Origin: Fibrobacteria bacterium | GTDB lineage: Bacteria > Fibrobacterota > Fibrobacteria > UBA11236 | DNA: 15,523 bases | Direction: 5' to 3' | NCBI GenBank assembly: GCA_041746255.1 | Contig: JBGTHM010000055.1 | Coordinates: 1-15,523 of the forward strand | In this document: piece by piece, positions 6,227 through 14,322 of the stretch | Layout of the letters: each line of letters begins with the position of its first letter | Numbering within the stretch: position 1 is the stretch's first letter | Notes under the pieces: model-generated | Databases searched by the model: none | Seen by the model: only the letters and a program-made list of their open reading frames with translations | Told to the model about the DNA's origin: nothing | Position numbers and translations under genes: made by a program

Positions 6227-8353
6227 TTATTTAATCACGGAAAACCGTAAGGCCGTCGTCCCGGTTGATTTCGCGATGTAAACCCCGCGTGGCAGAGCTG
6301 AAATATCGACGGGTCGTTGCGCTGATACCGATTTTAATCGGAGGCCGTCTACCGCATGGATATGGACGGTCTTATCCGGGTGCGGTGAATCCAAAACAAT
6401 CCGGTTATTGACTACGGCCAACCTCGCTCCCGTCCTGGCCGGAAGGGCTAAATGGCTTTCATCGCGATGCAGCTGGGTGGTCGGTTCCGGCTTCGGTGTG
6501 AACACGACGTCTCCTGCCTTTCTGTCGTATAGGACATCGCCGCTGATGGCCGGCCCGGAAACCTGGTTCCGATAAACCTTGCCTACCGACGAGAGAATTG
6601 TTTTGGCGTCATCTTCGTAATAATTTCCCAATCCTCCCCCAGGTTCGAAATAGGAGTACCTCTCCACGAAATCCAGGTTTTCCAGGTAGGGAAGAGCAAG
6701 TTTCAAAAAGCCTTCCTGTACGCCATGTACGCGGTTTTTATTGGCGTTGAATTCGGTAATCCATAAAGGCCGCTGATAGCGTTTATGCATATTGTCGAGC
6801 CAGGTTTTGAACCGGGCGAATATTTCCGCCGGGTTCGCGTTGGGATTTTGGTCCTTGCCCCAACCTCCCCAGTCATACCAGTGGAGGGCGACGAAATCCA
6901 TGCGATATCCCAATTTGTTCAGCCCACCCGACATGCCGTCGAGCCACTCATAGGATGGACCGGCTTCCTTCGGCGCGGGTGAACCCAGCCGGGTTCCGGT
7001 TTCCAGAAAGCGTGGCCAAACGTCGACCGCATCCTGGAATTCGAGCATATTACCCTGTTCGGGACCTTTGGGCTCATTGATTGCCAATAAGGACACAGGA
7101 TTATTGGGGTTATCGGAAATGACATGGGTGAACCGATCCCACACGCCGTTGTTTCCCGCTTGTTCCTTGGTTTTGATCATGGGAATAAATTCAATGACGG
7201 CGCTTTGGTCCTTGCCGGACCACCAGTTGTAATACCAATCTCCCTGCATTTGTTCCGTGCGGTTGTTGGTGGTACACAAACCTTTTTTCCGGACGTAATT
7301 CCAGGGGGTAACCTTGACGAAATTCACCTTGCCGGATAAATCCGCCGCGAGATTGATGCATAAATCTTTTTCCATGGCGGCATAGTACCTGCTTTTACTG
7401 ATTTTCCAGTAAGGTTGAATGGCCTGAACCCAAGTATTTCCTTGGCCGGGCGACTTGGAGGTTTTCTCCGCGATGGCCAACACCGCCGCGAAACCTTTTT
7501 TTAGGCAGAAGGAGGTCATCATGGAGCCGTCGCCAAGACTCGCTTCACCCACTCCCCGGTGAAATCCCACGGAAAAGTTCCTGCTTCCCTTTTGTCCGGC
7601 GCCTTGGGCCCCGTTTTTTCCGGAAAACCCGATCAAACCCCTGGCCGCGGCTCCGGGTCCGTAGCTGCGCACCACGCTCCCCGCATAATACTGGGTAATC
7701 AAAACGTTATAATCGGGTGGGGGAGTTCCCGCGGATTTCGCCTGCAAGTCGGCGTCAAAATCATAGGGGACGGCCGGTTTCGCGTTTACCGTGATTTTTC
7801 CGGTGGCGATCAATTCGGTGGCCACCTGGTTGGCTTTGATATTTTCGAAATACACCGCCACATCCGTGCCTGTGATATCCAGGATGGATTGTTCCAACGG
7901 ACTGCCCGAGGCCAACCTTAGACTGGCCTGATTCCTCAATTCCACCGAGGCATGGGCCAGACCTTCCGCTTGAATAGCGCCGTTATCCACAACGAGATTT
8001 CGGGGCGTGCGGGCGGAAAAGACGATTTTACCTCCGGCCTGCATTTTCACACGGGCCTCCGTAAGGACCAGACTTCCGCTTCCCATAAAAATATCCGGGG
8101 CAATGCCTCCCTGGCCTCCGATAACGGCCGAGGTATCGGTAATCAGAAGGTGGGCGTCGATTTTTTTACCGGGCTGAAGGACATCGCCTACCGGGGTTTT
8201 ACCGGAAGCGGCGTCGATCCAATTGGCTTCGAGGTAAAAGGAATTGTCCGTTTTTCCGATGTTGTTCCACATATAGGTCGGCAATTGCCCCTGCGCGAAC
8301 AGTCCGCCGGTTTGGGATAATCCGGTTAAGAGGAGTAAAATGAATTTTTTCAT
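6227..8353 (-). CDS. Secreted GH128 (Glyco_hydro_cc) family glycoside hydrolase, probable beta-1,3-glucanase, with large N-terminal region and T9SS/Fibrobacter-type C-terminal tail
   Basis: Signal peptide MKKFILLLLTG...LFAQ. GH-A clan motifs KKG, WYYNW, FIPM, INEP (acid/base), RLGSPA, DFVALHWY, PLWITEF (nucleophile), VERYSYF. Basic tail IHAVDGLRL...LPRGVYIAK...FSVIK. Confidence 0.85.
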   Translation of the reverse strand: MKKFILLLLTGLSQTGGLFAQGQLPTYMWNNIGKTDNSFYLEANWIDAASGKTPVGDVLQPGKKIDAHLLITDTSAVIGGQGGIAPDIFMGSGSLVLTEARVKMQAGGKIVFSARTPRNLVVDNGAIQAEGLAHASVELRNQASLRLASGSPLEQSILDITGTDVAVYFENIKANQVATELIATGKITVNAKPAVPYDFDADLQAKSAGTPPPDYNVLITQYYAGSVVRSYGPGAAARGLIGFSGKNGAQGAGQKGSRNFSVGFHRGVGEASLGDGSMMTSFCLKKGFAAVLAIAEKTSKSPGQGNTWVQAIQPYWKISKSRYYAAMEKDLCINLAADLSGKVNFVKVTPWNYVRKKGLCTTNNRTEQMQGDWYYNWWSGKDQSAVIEFIPMIKTKEQAGNNGVWDRFTHVISDNPNNPVSLLAINEPKGPEQGNMLEFQDAVDVWPRFLETGTRLGSPAPKEAGPSYEWLDGMSGGLNKLGYRMDFVALHWYDWGGWGKDQNPNANPAEIFARFKTWLDNMHKRYQRPLWITEFNANKNRVHGVQEGFLKLALPYLENLDFVERYSYFEPGGGLGNYYEDDAKTILSSVGKVYRNQVSGPAISGDVLYDRKAGDVVFTPKPEPTTQLHRDESHLALPARTGARLAVVNNRIVLDSPHPDKTVHIHAVDGLRLKSVSAQRPVDISALPRGVYIAKSTGTTALRFSVIK

Positions 8354-8468
8354 ATCTACGGACCGGACTCTTTCTATTGCCCCTCGGTATTTTACAGGAT
8401 AATGTCCACACCCCTTTTTTACCGGAAAAATTTGAGTTCGGACAAGGTTTTCGGGCGATTTTCCGAGC

Positions 8469-8493
8469 GCGCGGGATTATGCCGCGCTTTTCT
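8469..8493 (+). terminator. Intrinsic-terminator-like hairpin in the divergent GH128/uvrD intergenic region
   Basis: GCGCGG-gattatg-CCGCGC followed by TTTTCT. Confidence 0.35.
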
Positions 8494-8568
8494 GGTAGTT
8501 TCTCAGGGGACTTTTCATTCATCCCGCCGGGGTACTCCTTTCCACCTCGATTACTAGAATTCCCCTCC

Positions 8569-10842
8569 ATGATTGACTCCCCCCACCAAGTGCGCCTTGA
8601 TCCCGAAAGTTTGGCCCGAACCTTGAACGCGCCCCAACTCGAGGCCGTCCTGCATTATCCCGGCCCCCAGCTCATTCTTGCCGGGGCGGGGTCGGGAAAA
8701 ACCCGCGTACTTACCTTTAAAATCGCCTGGCTTATCCGGCAAATGGGGCTGCGACCTTTCGAAATTTTGGCGGTGACCTTTACCAATAAGGCCGCCCAGG
8801 AAATGCGCAATCGCGTCATGAGCCAATTGGGTTATTCGACCCAGCTCTCTTGGATTGGCACCTTCCATTCCATTTGCGCGCGCATATTGCGCTACCATGC
8901 CCGGGAACTCGGTTTCACATCCAACTTCACCATTTACGATGTGGACGATCAAAAACGTTTCGTCAAAAAGCTGCTCAAAGCGGATGGTCTCGAAAACGAT
9001 TCGCAATACACGGTGGACGCGCTGCGTTATGCGGTGGGGCAATACAAGAACAAAGGAATTTCTCCCGAAGAGGCCAGGCTTCACGCCGCCGATCGCTACG
9101 AAGAAAAGCTGGCGCATCTCTACCAGCGCTATCAGGCGGAAATGCTGAAGAACAACGGCATGGATTTCGACGATCTTATCTATATGGCCATTCGTTTGCT
9201 GAAATTACGTCCCGAAATCAGGGCGGCATTTGCGGGGACCTTTCGCTATATCCTCATCGACGAATACCAGGATACCAACAAGGCGCAGTATCAGCTCATT
9301 CAATTGCTGCTCGGGCCGCATCACAATCTCGTGGTGGTGGGCGACGACGATCAAAGCATTTATGGATGGCGGGGCGCAGACATCAACAACATCCTTTCCT
9401 TCCGCGAGGATTTTCCCAACGCCCAAGTCACCAAGCTGGAACAGAATTACCGTTCCAGCGCCAACATCCTGGGTGTGGCGGGTTCGGTGATACGCAATAA
9501 TAAAACGCGCATGGGTAAAACCCTGTGGACGCAAAACGACGCCGGGGAAAAGGTCGAACTCATGGAGGTGGAGGACGATGCCGCCGAAGCCGCGTGGATA
9601 GCCCGTACCATCAGTCAAGGAACCCGCTTCGCTCCCGGTGACACCGCCATTTTCTACCGCATCAATGCGCAATCGCGAATTATCGAAGACGAATTGCGGC
9701 GCCGCCGAACTCCTTACCTTATCGTGGGAGGAATCCGCTTCTATGAGCGGAAGGAAGTAAAGGATTTACTGGCCTATTTACGCGTGCTGGGAAATTTGAA
9801 GGACAGCGTATCGCTGGCCCGTATCATCAACGTGCCCAAGCGCGGTATCGGCGAAAAGTCGGTGGCAGGTTGCGTGGAACTTTCGGAGCGCGAAGGCATC
9901 AATTTGTTTCAAGCCCTGGAGCGCTGTTCCGAAGCGGGGCTCAATTCCGGCGCAACCGCTAAGCTGACTCAATTCGTATCCGATATGAAGGAGTTACAGG
10001 CATTGGGCGCCGACCTTCCTTTACCCGACCTTATCGAGGCGGTGATTGAAAAAACCGGCTATCGGAGTTTTCTGGAAAAAGAAGGCACCGACGAGGCTAT
10101 GGACAGGCTTTCCAATATCGAAGAATTGGTGTCGGCCGCACAGGATTTCCTCAAGCGGAGAGAGCAGCGGGCCGAAGAGCCGGTAGAAGCCGATGAGCCG
10201 ATGGTGGAACAGGAGAATTCGGACCTGGACGCCTTTCTCCAGGAAATCAGCTTGATGGCCGATGCCGACGGCGTGAAAACCGGCCATGAAGCGGTGACAT
10301 TGATGACCGTCCACAGCGCCAAGGGCCTGGAATTTCCCCGTGTTTTCGTCACGGGGCTCGAAGACGGCCTTTTCCCGCTGGTTCGAGGTGAAGACGCCGA
10401 CATGGAGGAGGAGAGGCGCTTATTCTATGTGGCCGTTACTCGCGCCGAAAAAGAGTTGCACATCAGCTTCGCTAGGCGCAGACGTCGTTATGGGCTCTAC
10501 CAGGAAGCCATGGGATCGCGTTTCCTCCGCGAAATCGACCCGATGTTTTTGCGAGTCTCGGGGGCGGTGGCCCCAGCCCGTTCCTTCGGGTCCGGTCGCA
10601 GTGCATTTGGAAGCCGCACCGATGGGGATGAAGGAGTCGGTGAACTGCCCAATTATGAGGATTTCAGCCAAGAGGCGGAGGCCTTTTTTCCCGGGCAAAA
10701 AGTGCGCCATGGCAAATTCGGGCTAGGGACCATCGTCAGCGCGGACGGCAGCGGAGAATCGGCCCGGGTGGAGGTTTTATTCCAGGATCGTACCCGTCGG
10801 CGGCTGGTGCTTAAATTTGCTAAACTGGAATTGCTCGATTAG
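8569..10842 (+). CDS. uvrD: UvrD/PcrA superfamily 1A DNA helicase with C-terminal Tudor-like domain
   Basis: LNAPQ (Q motif), AGAGSGKT, TFTNKAA, GTFHS, DFDDL, DEYQDTN, VGDDDQSIYGWRGA, LEQNYRS, MTVHSAKGLEF, EEERRLFYVAVTRA, and C-terminal GQKVRHGKFGLGTI. The start is placed at ATG 8569 rather than at 8377. Confidence 0.96.
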   Translation: MIDSPHQVRLDPESLARTLNAPQLEAVLHYPGPQLILAGAGSGKTRVLTFKIAWLIRQMGLRPFEILAVTFTNKAAQEMRNRVMSQLGYSTQLSWIGTFHSICARILRYHARELGFTSNFTIYDVDDQKRFVKKLLKADGLENDSQYTVDALRYAVGQYKNKGISPEEARLHAADRYEEKLAHLYQRYQAEMLKNNGMDFDDLIYMAIRLLKLRPEIRAAFAGTFRYILIDEYQDTNKAQYQLIQLLLGPHHNLVVVGDDDQSIYGWRGADINNILSFREDFPNAQVTKLEQNYRSSANILGVAGSVIRNNKTRMGKTLWTQNDAGEKVELMEVEDDAAEAAWIARTISQGTRFAPGDTAIFYRINAQSRIIEDELRRRRTPYLIVGGIRFYERKEVKDLLAYLRVLGNLKDSVSLARIINVPKRGIGEKSVAGCVELSEREGINLFQALERCSEAGLNSGATAKLTQFVSDMKELQALGADLPLPDLIEAVIEKTGYRSFLEKEGTDEAMDRLSNIEELVSAAQDFLKRREQRAEEPVEADEPMVEQENSDLDAFLQEISLMADADGVKTGHEAVTLMTVHSAKGLEFPRVFVTGLEDGLFPLVRGEDADMEEERRLFYVAVTRAEKELHISFARRRRRYGLYQEAMGSRFLREIDPMFLRVSGAVAPARSFGSGRSAFGSRTDGDEGVGELPNYEDFSQEAEAFFPGQKVRHGKFGLGTIVSADGSGESARVEVLFQDRTRRRLVLKFAKLELLD

Positions 10843-10851
10843 ATTTGCACC

Positions 10852-11139
10852 ATGTTAGTCACCCGCGAAGACATTCTCCGTGCCGCCAAATTGGCCCGCC
10901 TTACCTTCACCGAAGCCGAGTTCGAGAAGATTACCCTTTCGGTCAATCAATTGGTCGAATATACCGATATGCTGAAGCAACTCGACCTGAAGGATGTCGA
11001 GCCCATGTTCACCGTCGATAATTCGCCCCGACCCATGCGCCCCGACGTCATCCAACCGGGATTGACGAAAGAGAAGGCCTTGCACAACGCGCCCGAAGTG
11101 AACCTGGAGCATTTCAGCGTTCCCAAGACCATCGGGTAA
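10852..11139 (+). CDS. gatC: Asp/Glu-tRNA amidotransferase subunit C
   Basis: 95 aa with AKLARL, LDLKDVEPM, MRPD, ALHNAP and FSVPK, the GatC signature pattern. Confidence 0.93.
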   Translation: MLVTREDILRAAKLARLTFTEAEFEKITLSVNQLVEYTDMLKQLDLKDVEPMFTVDNSPRPMRPDVIQPGLTKEKALHNAPEVNLEHFSVPKTIG

Positions 11140-11145
11140 GGCAGC

Positions 11146-12798
11146 ATGACCACCCGCCCCAAAAAAAGCCAAGCGAAATTCATCGTGGTCACCGGAGGTG
11201 TACTCTCCGGCTTGGGTAAAGGAATCGCCGCCGCTTCCATCGGCACGCTACTTTCCGATCGCCTCAAGGTGGTTCCCGTCAAATGCGACGGGTATTTGAA
11301 CACCGATCCCGGAACCATGAATCCCATCGAACACGGCGAAGTTTTCGTCCAGGACGACGGCGGCGAAGTCGACATGGATTTCGGTCATTACGAACGCTTC
11401 ATGAATATCCAGACCCGGTTCGGCTGGAATCTCACCATGGGCAAAGTGTTCAAGGAAATCATGGACAAGGAGCGGCGCGGCGACTTCCTCGGGAAGACCG
11501 TGCAATTCATTCCGCATGTCACCGATTGCATCAAACAGCATTTTTTCGACATTGCCAGCGAAGAAAAAGCCGATGTCGTTCTGATTGAAGTAGGCGGCAC
11601 CGTAGGCGATCTCGAAAATCAGTTTTACCTGGAAGCCATCCGGCAATTGAAGCGCGATGTCGGTGAAGACAGCGTCATCTATATCCATCTCACCTACATT
11701 CCCGTCCCCGCCGGCGTGCACGAACAAAAATCCAAGCCCACGCAAATGTCGGTGCGCTTGCTCAACGAAAAAGGCATTGAACCCGATGTCATCATCGGGC
11801 GGTGCTCGGAGTTCATCAGTCCCGAAATAAAGGAGAAAATAGCCTCCTATTGCAATATTCCGCCCACCTCGGTGATATCGGGTGTGGATGTCAAAACCGT
11901 TTACGAAATCCCCCTCATTTACGATCAAGAAGGCTTGACCGGCATCCTGCATTCGCAGCTCGACATTTATTCGCCACCCGACTTGGTCCAATGGACGCAA
12001 TGGGTGAATAACATCAAAACCAATCTCGAAACCCCCAACCGTATCGTGACTATCGCTCTTTGCGGTAAGTACACCAAGCTGGAAGATTCCTACGCCTCCG
12101 TGGTCGAAGCGCTCACCCATTGCGGGGCGCATCTGAACATCCGCGTGCAGATACGTTGGGTGGATACCGGGAGTTTAAGCGACGAAGCTTCGGTGGCCGA
12201 GGCGATGAAGAATGTGGACGGCGTACTGGTTCCGGGTGGCTTTGGGCATCGCGGCATTGAAGGCAAAATTCGCGTCATCCGTTATGCGCGCGAGGCGGGA
12301 GTTCCTTACCTGGGGATTTGCTACGGTATGCAATTGGCTGTGGTGGAATATGCCCGGCACGTCTGTGGACTTTCCGGCGCCAACACCAGCGAAGTGGAAG
12401 AAGAGGGTGTCAAAGTGGAGCAGCCCGTAATCGACGTGCTTCCCGGACAGAGACACCTGCTGCAAAAAGGCGGCACCATGCGCCTGGGTGGCCATGACGT
12501 GGAACTGAAACCCGAATCGAAGGCCTTCCGGATTTTCGGCCATAAACGCGTGGTCCGCCAACGTTTCCGACATCGTTATGAAGTGAATCCGGATTTCATC
12601 GAGGTGCTGGAAAAAGGGGGGTTGGTCTTTTCCGGCAAAGCACCCAACGAAAATATCATGCAGGTGCTGGAGTTGCCCGATCACCCCTTCTTTATGGGAA
12701 GCCAATTTCATCCCGAACTCACGAGCAATCTGCGCAATCCGTCGCCGCTTTTCTATCATTTCGTGAAAGCGGCCCTCGACCGCAACGGATTAGCGTAA
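11146..12798 (+). CDS. pyrG: CTP synthase
   Basis: FIVVTGGVLSGLGKG, DPGTMNPIEHGEVFV, DFGHYERF, EVGGTVGD, KSKPTQ, VPGGFG, LGICYGMQ (catalytic Cys), GGTMRLG, RHRYE, QFHPE. Confidence 0.98.
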   Translation: MTTRPKKSQAKFIVVTGGVLSGLGKGIAAASIGTLLSDRLKVVPVKCDGYLNTDPGTMNPIEHGEVFVQDDGGEVDMDFGHYERFMNIQTRFGWNLTMGKVFKEIMDKERRGDFLGKTVQFIPHVTDCIKQHFFDIASEEKADVVLIEVGGTVGDLENQFYLEAIRQLKRDVGEDSVIYIHLTYIPVPAGVHEQKSKPTQMSVRLLNEKGIEPDVIIGRCSEFISPEIKEKIASYCNIPPTSVISGVDVKTVYEIPLIYDQEGLTGILHSQLDIYSPPDLVQWTQWVNNIKTNLETPNRIVTIALCGKYTKLEDSYASVVEALTHCGAHLNIRVQIRWVDTGSLSDEASVAEAMKNVDGVLVPGGFGHRGIEGKIRVIRYAREAGVPYLGICYGMQLAVVEYARHVCGLSGANTSEVEEEGVKVEQPVIDVLPGQRHLLQKGGTMRLGGHDVELKPESKAFRIFGHKRVVRQRFRHRYEVNPDFIEVLEKGGLVFSGKAPNENIMQVLELPDHPFFMGSQFHPELTSNLRNPSPLFYHFVKAALDRNGLA

Positions 12799-12810
12799 GT
12801 CGCGAATCCG
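12786..12810 (+). other. Hairpin spanning the pyrG stop codon
   Basis: CGGATTAGCG-taagt-CGCGAATCCG, 9 of 10 pairs, with no U-tract after it. Confidence 0.35.
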
Positions 12811-12844
12811 CCGGGGCCCGCGATACCCATCCGGACGGTGACCC

Positions 12845-13357
12845 ATGAATCTGACATCCACCGAAAAAAAATCCCTGGCCTTGGTCGCGCTTTTTCTGAT
12901 TATCGGTGCATCCGCACGGTTTTTGGATCGGCGGCAAGTACAACTGGATCCCACGCAAACTTTCGAGTACGCGGCCCTGCCGGCCAGCAGCGCCTTTGCC
13001 GGAATTTCTCATGTCTTGGAAGCGCCGGTGGCTGCTTCCGAGGAAAACGCGGTGCCGACCGATAACGTAGAGCAATTCGAAGCCGAATCCTCGATCGAAA
13101 CCCTGGGGGAATTCGCTCCCGATGAAGTGTCCCCCGTCAGGACCCCCGTGACCCCGTCCGCGCTCAATCTCAATTCGGCCAGCGTAGTTGAGCTGACGCG
13201 ATTAAAGGGCGTAGGTCCGAAAACGGCGGAGGCGATTGTAGCCTTGCGTCGGACTCGGGGTCCCTTTCGCAAGGTCGAAGATTTACTTGAGGTCAAGGGC
13301 ATCGGCAAGAAAAAGCTGGAAAATATCCGGCCTTATGTAATAGTATCTGATCACTAA
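12845..13357 (+). CDS. comEA: ComEA-family helix-hairpin-helix DNA-binding protein with N-terminal membrane anchor
   Basis: Hydrophobic LALVALFLIIGASA, an acidic/Pro linker, and C-terminal HhH_3 domain LNLNSASVVELTRLKGVGPKTAEAIV...GPFRKVEDLLEVKGIGKKKLE. Confidence 0.88.
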   Translation: MNLTSTEKKSLALVALFLIIGASARFLDRRQVQLDPTQTFEYAALPASSAFAGISHVLEAPVAASEENAVPTDNVEQFEAESSIETLGEFAPDEVSPVRTPVTPSALNLNSASVVELTRLKGVGPKTAEAIVALRRTRGPFRKVEDLLEVKGIGKKKLENIRPYVIVSDH

Positions 13358-13383
13358 TTTCAGCGAACGGGTATCGGGGCTAT

Positions 13384-14322
13384 ATGGCAAGGAAGTCTAA
13401 CAGCACGGTAGGACTGGAACTGAGTCCAACCTACCTCAAGATGGTGGAATTTCTGCCACGCGAAAATCAGATCGCCGTAGTGGCCATTAAGCCACTCGAA
13501 CCTTCCGGTTGGAAGGACGACGAATACCTTGCGAGCGAAATCCGCTCCTGCCTCGACAAATACGTGAAAAAAAATGGCGCCGAATTGATCGCCTGCGTGC
13601 CTGGCGAACATGCCATCATCCGGGAAATCGAAATTCCCAACGAGGAAGACAACATCGTTGATGCCCTAAATTGGGAGCTGGAGCAATACCTGGTCGCCCC
13701 GTTGCAAGAATACCTCATTGATTTTCAGGCCTTGGGATCTTCCCAGGATGAAAGGGCACGTAATTTTCTCGTAGCCGCATTTCGCCGTTCCGAGGTCGAA
13801 CGCCTTCGTCAAGTGTTGGAACAGTCGGGATTTCCCTTGGCAGTTATGGACATCGATGTCTTCGCGGCGCAAAATGCCTTCGAAGTGAATTATCCGGAAA
13901 AGCGCGGTTTGCGTACTTTTCTGGTCAAAGCCGACAGCCACAGCATAAAATGCCTGCGCACGCAACATGGACGTTTTCTCGGCCTGGAAAATCTGGTTTT
14001 GCCGGTGGAATTCGCCGTTATGGAAGGCGAAGCACGCGCAGAAATGGCCCGCGGCTTGGCCGAAAACGTCAAAGACAGCCTCGAACTCGCGTCGGGCCAG
14101 TGGGGAGAGGTGGAAGAGCTGGTGCTTTGCGGCGACCTTGCCATGGACGATGGATTTCGTGAGGCGTTGCAGGCCGGTACCACCATGGAGGTTCTACCCC
14201 TGAACGCCTTCAAGGAAGTCGCCTTCGCACTCGGACCGGACAAGTCCGCAGCATTCGCGCCCACTGCCCCCCATTGCGCGGCGGCGGTCGGATTGGCATT
14301 GCGCCGCGGAGGGGATTGCTGA
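13384..14322 (+). CDS. pilM: Type IV pilus assembly protein PilM-like (actin/FtsA fold)
   Basis: VGLELSPTYLKMVE, ALNWELEQYL, YLIDFQ, FLVAA, LAVMDIDVFAAQNAF, LVLCGD, and C-terminal AAAVGLALR. It is followed directly by a gene starting MIRINLL. Confidence 0.8.
   Translation: MARKSNSTVGLELSPTYLKMVEFLPRENQIAVVAIKPLEPSGWKDDEYLASEIRSCLDKYVKKNGAELIACVPGEHAIIREIEIPNEEDNIVDALNWELEQYLVAPLQEYLIDFQALGSSQDERARNFLVAAFRRSEVERLRQVLEQSGFPLAVMDIDVFAAQNAFEVNYPEKRGLRTFLVKADSHSIKCLRTQHGRFLGLENLVLPVEFAVMEGEARAEMARGLAENVKDSLELASGQWGEVEELVLCGDLAMDDGFREALQAGTTMEVLPLNAFKEVAFALGPDKSAAFAPTAPHCAAAVGLALRRGGDC

Noticed and set aside
8377..8568. 64-aa N-terminal extension of UvrD given in the ORF track
   Set aside because: It starts at TTG, is Phe/Pro-rich with no helicase similarity, and would occupy the divergent promoter region. 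ATG 8569 fits the family start.
8354..8568. LexA/SOS box upstream of uvrD
   Set aside because: By eye there is no match to CTGT-N8-ACAG, GAAC-N4-GTTC or the Fibrobacter TGCNC-N4-GTGCA consensus.
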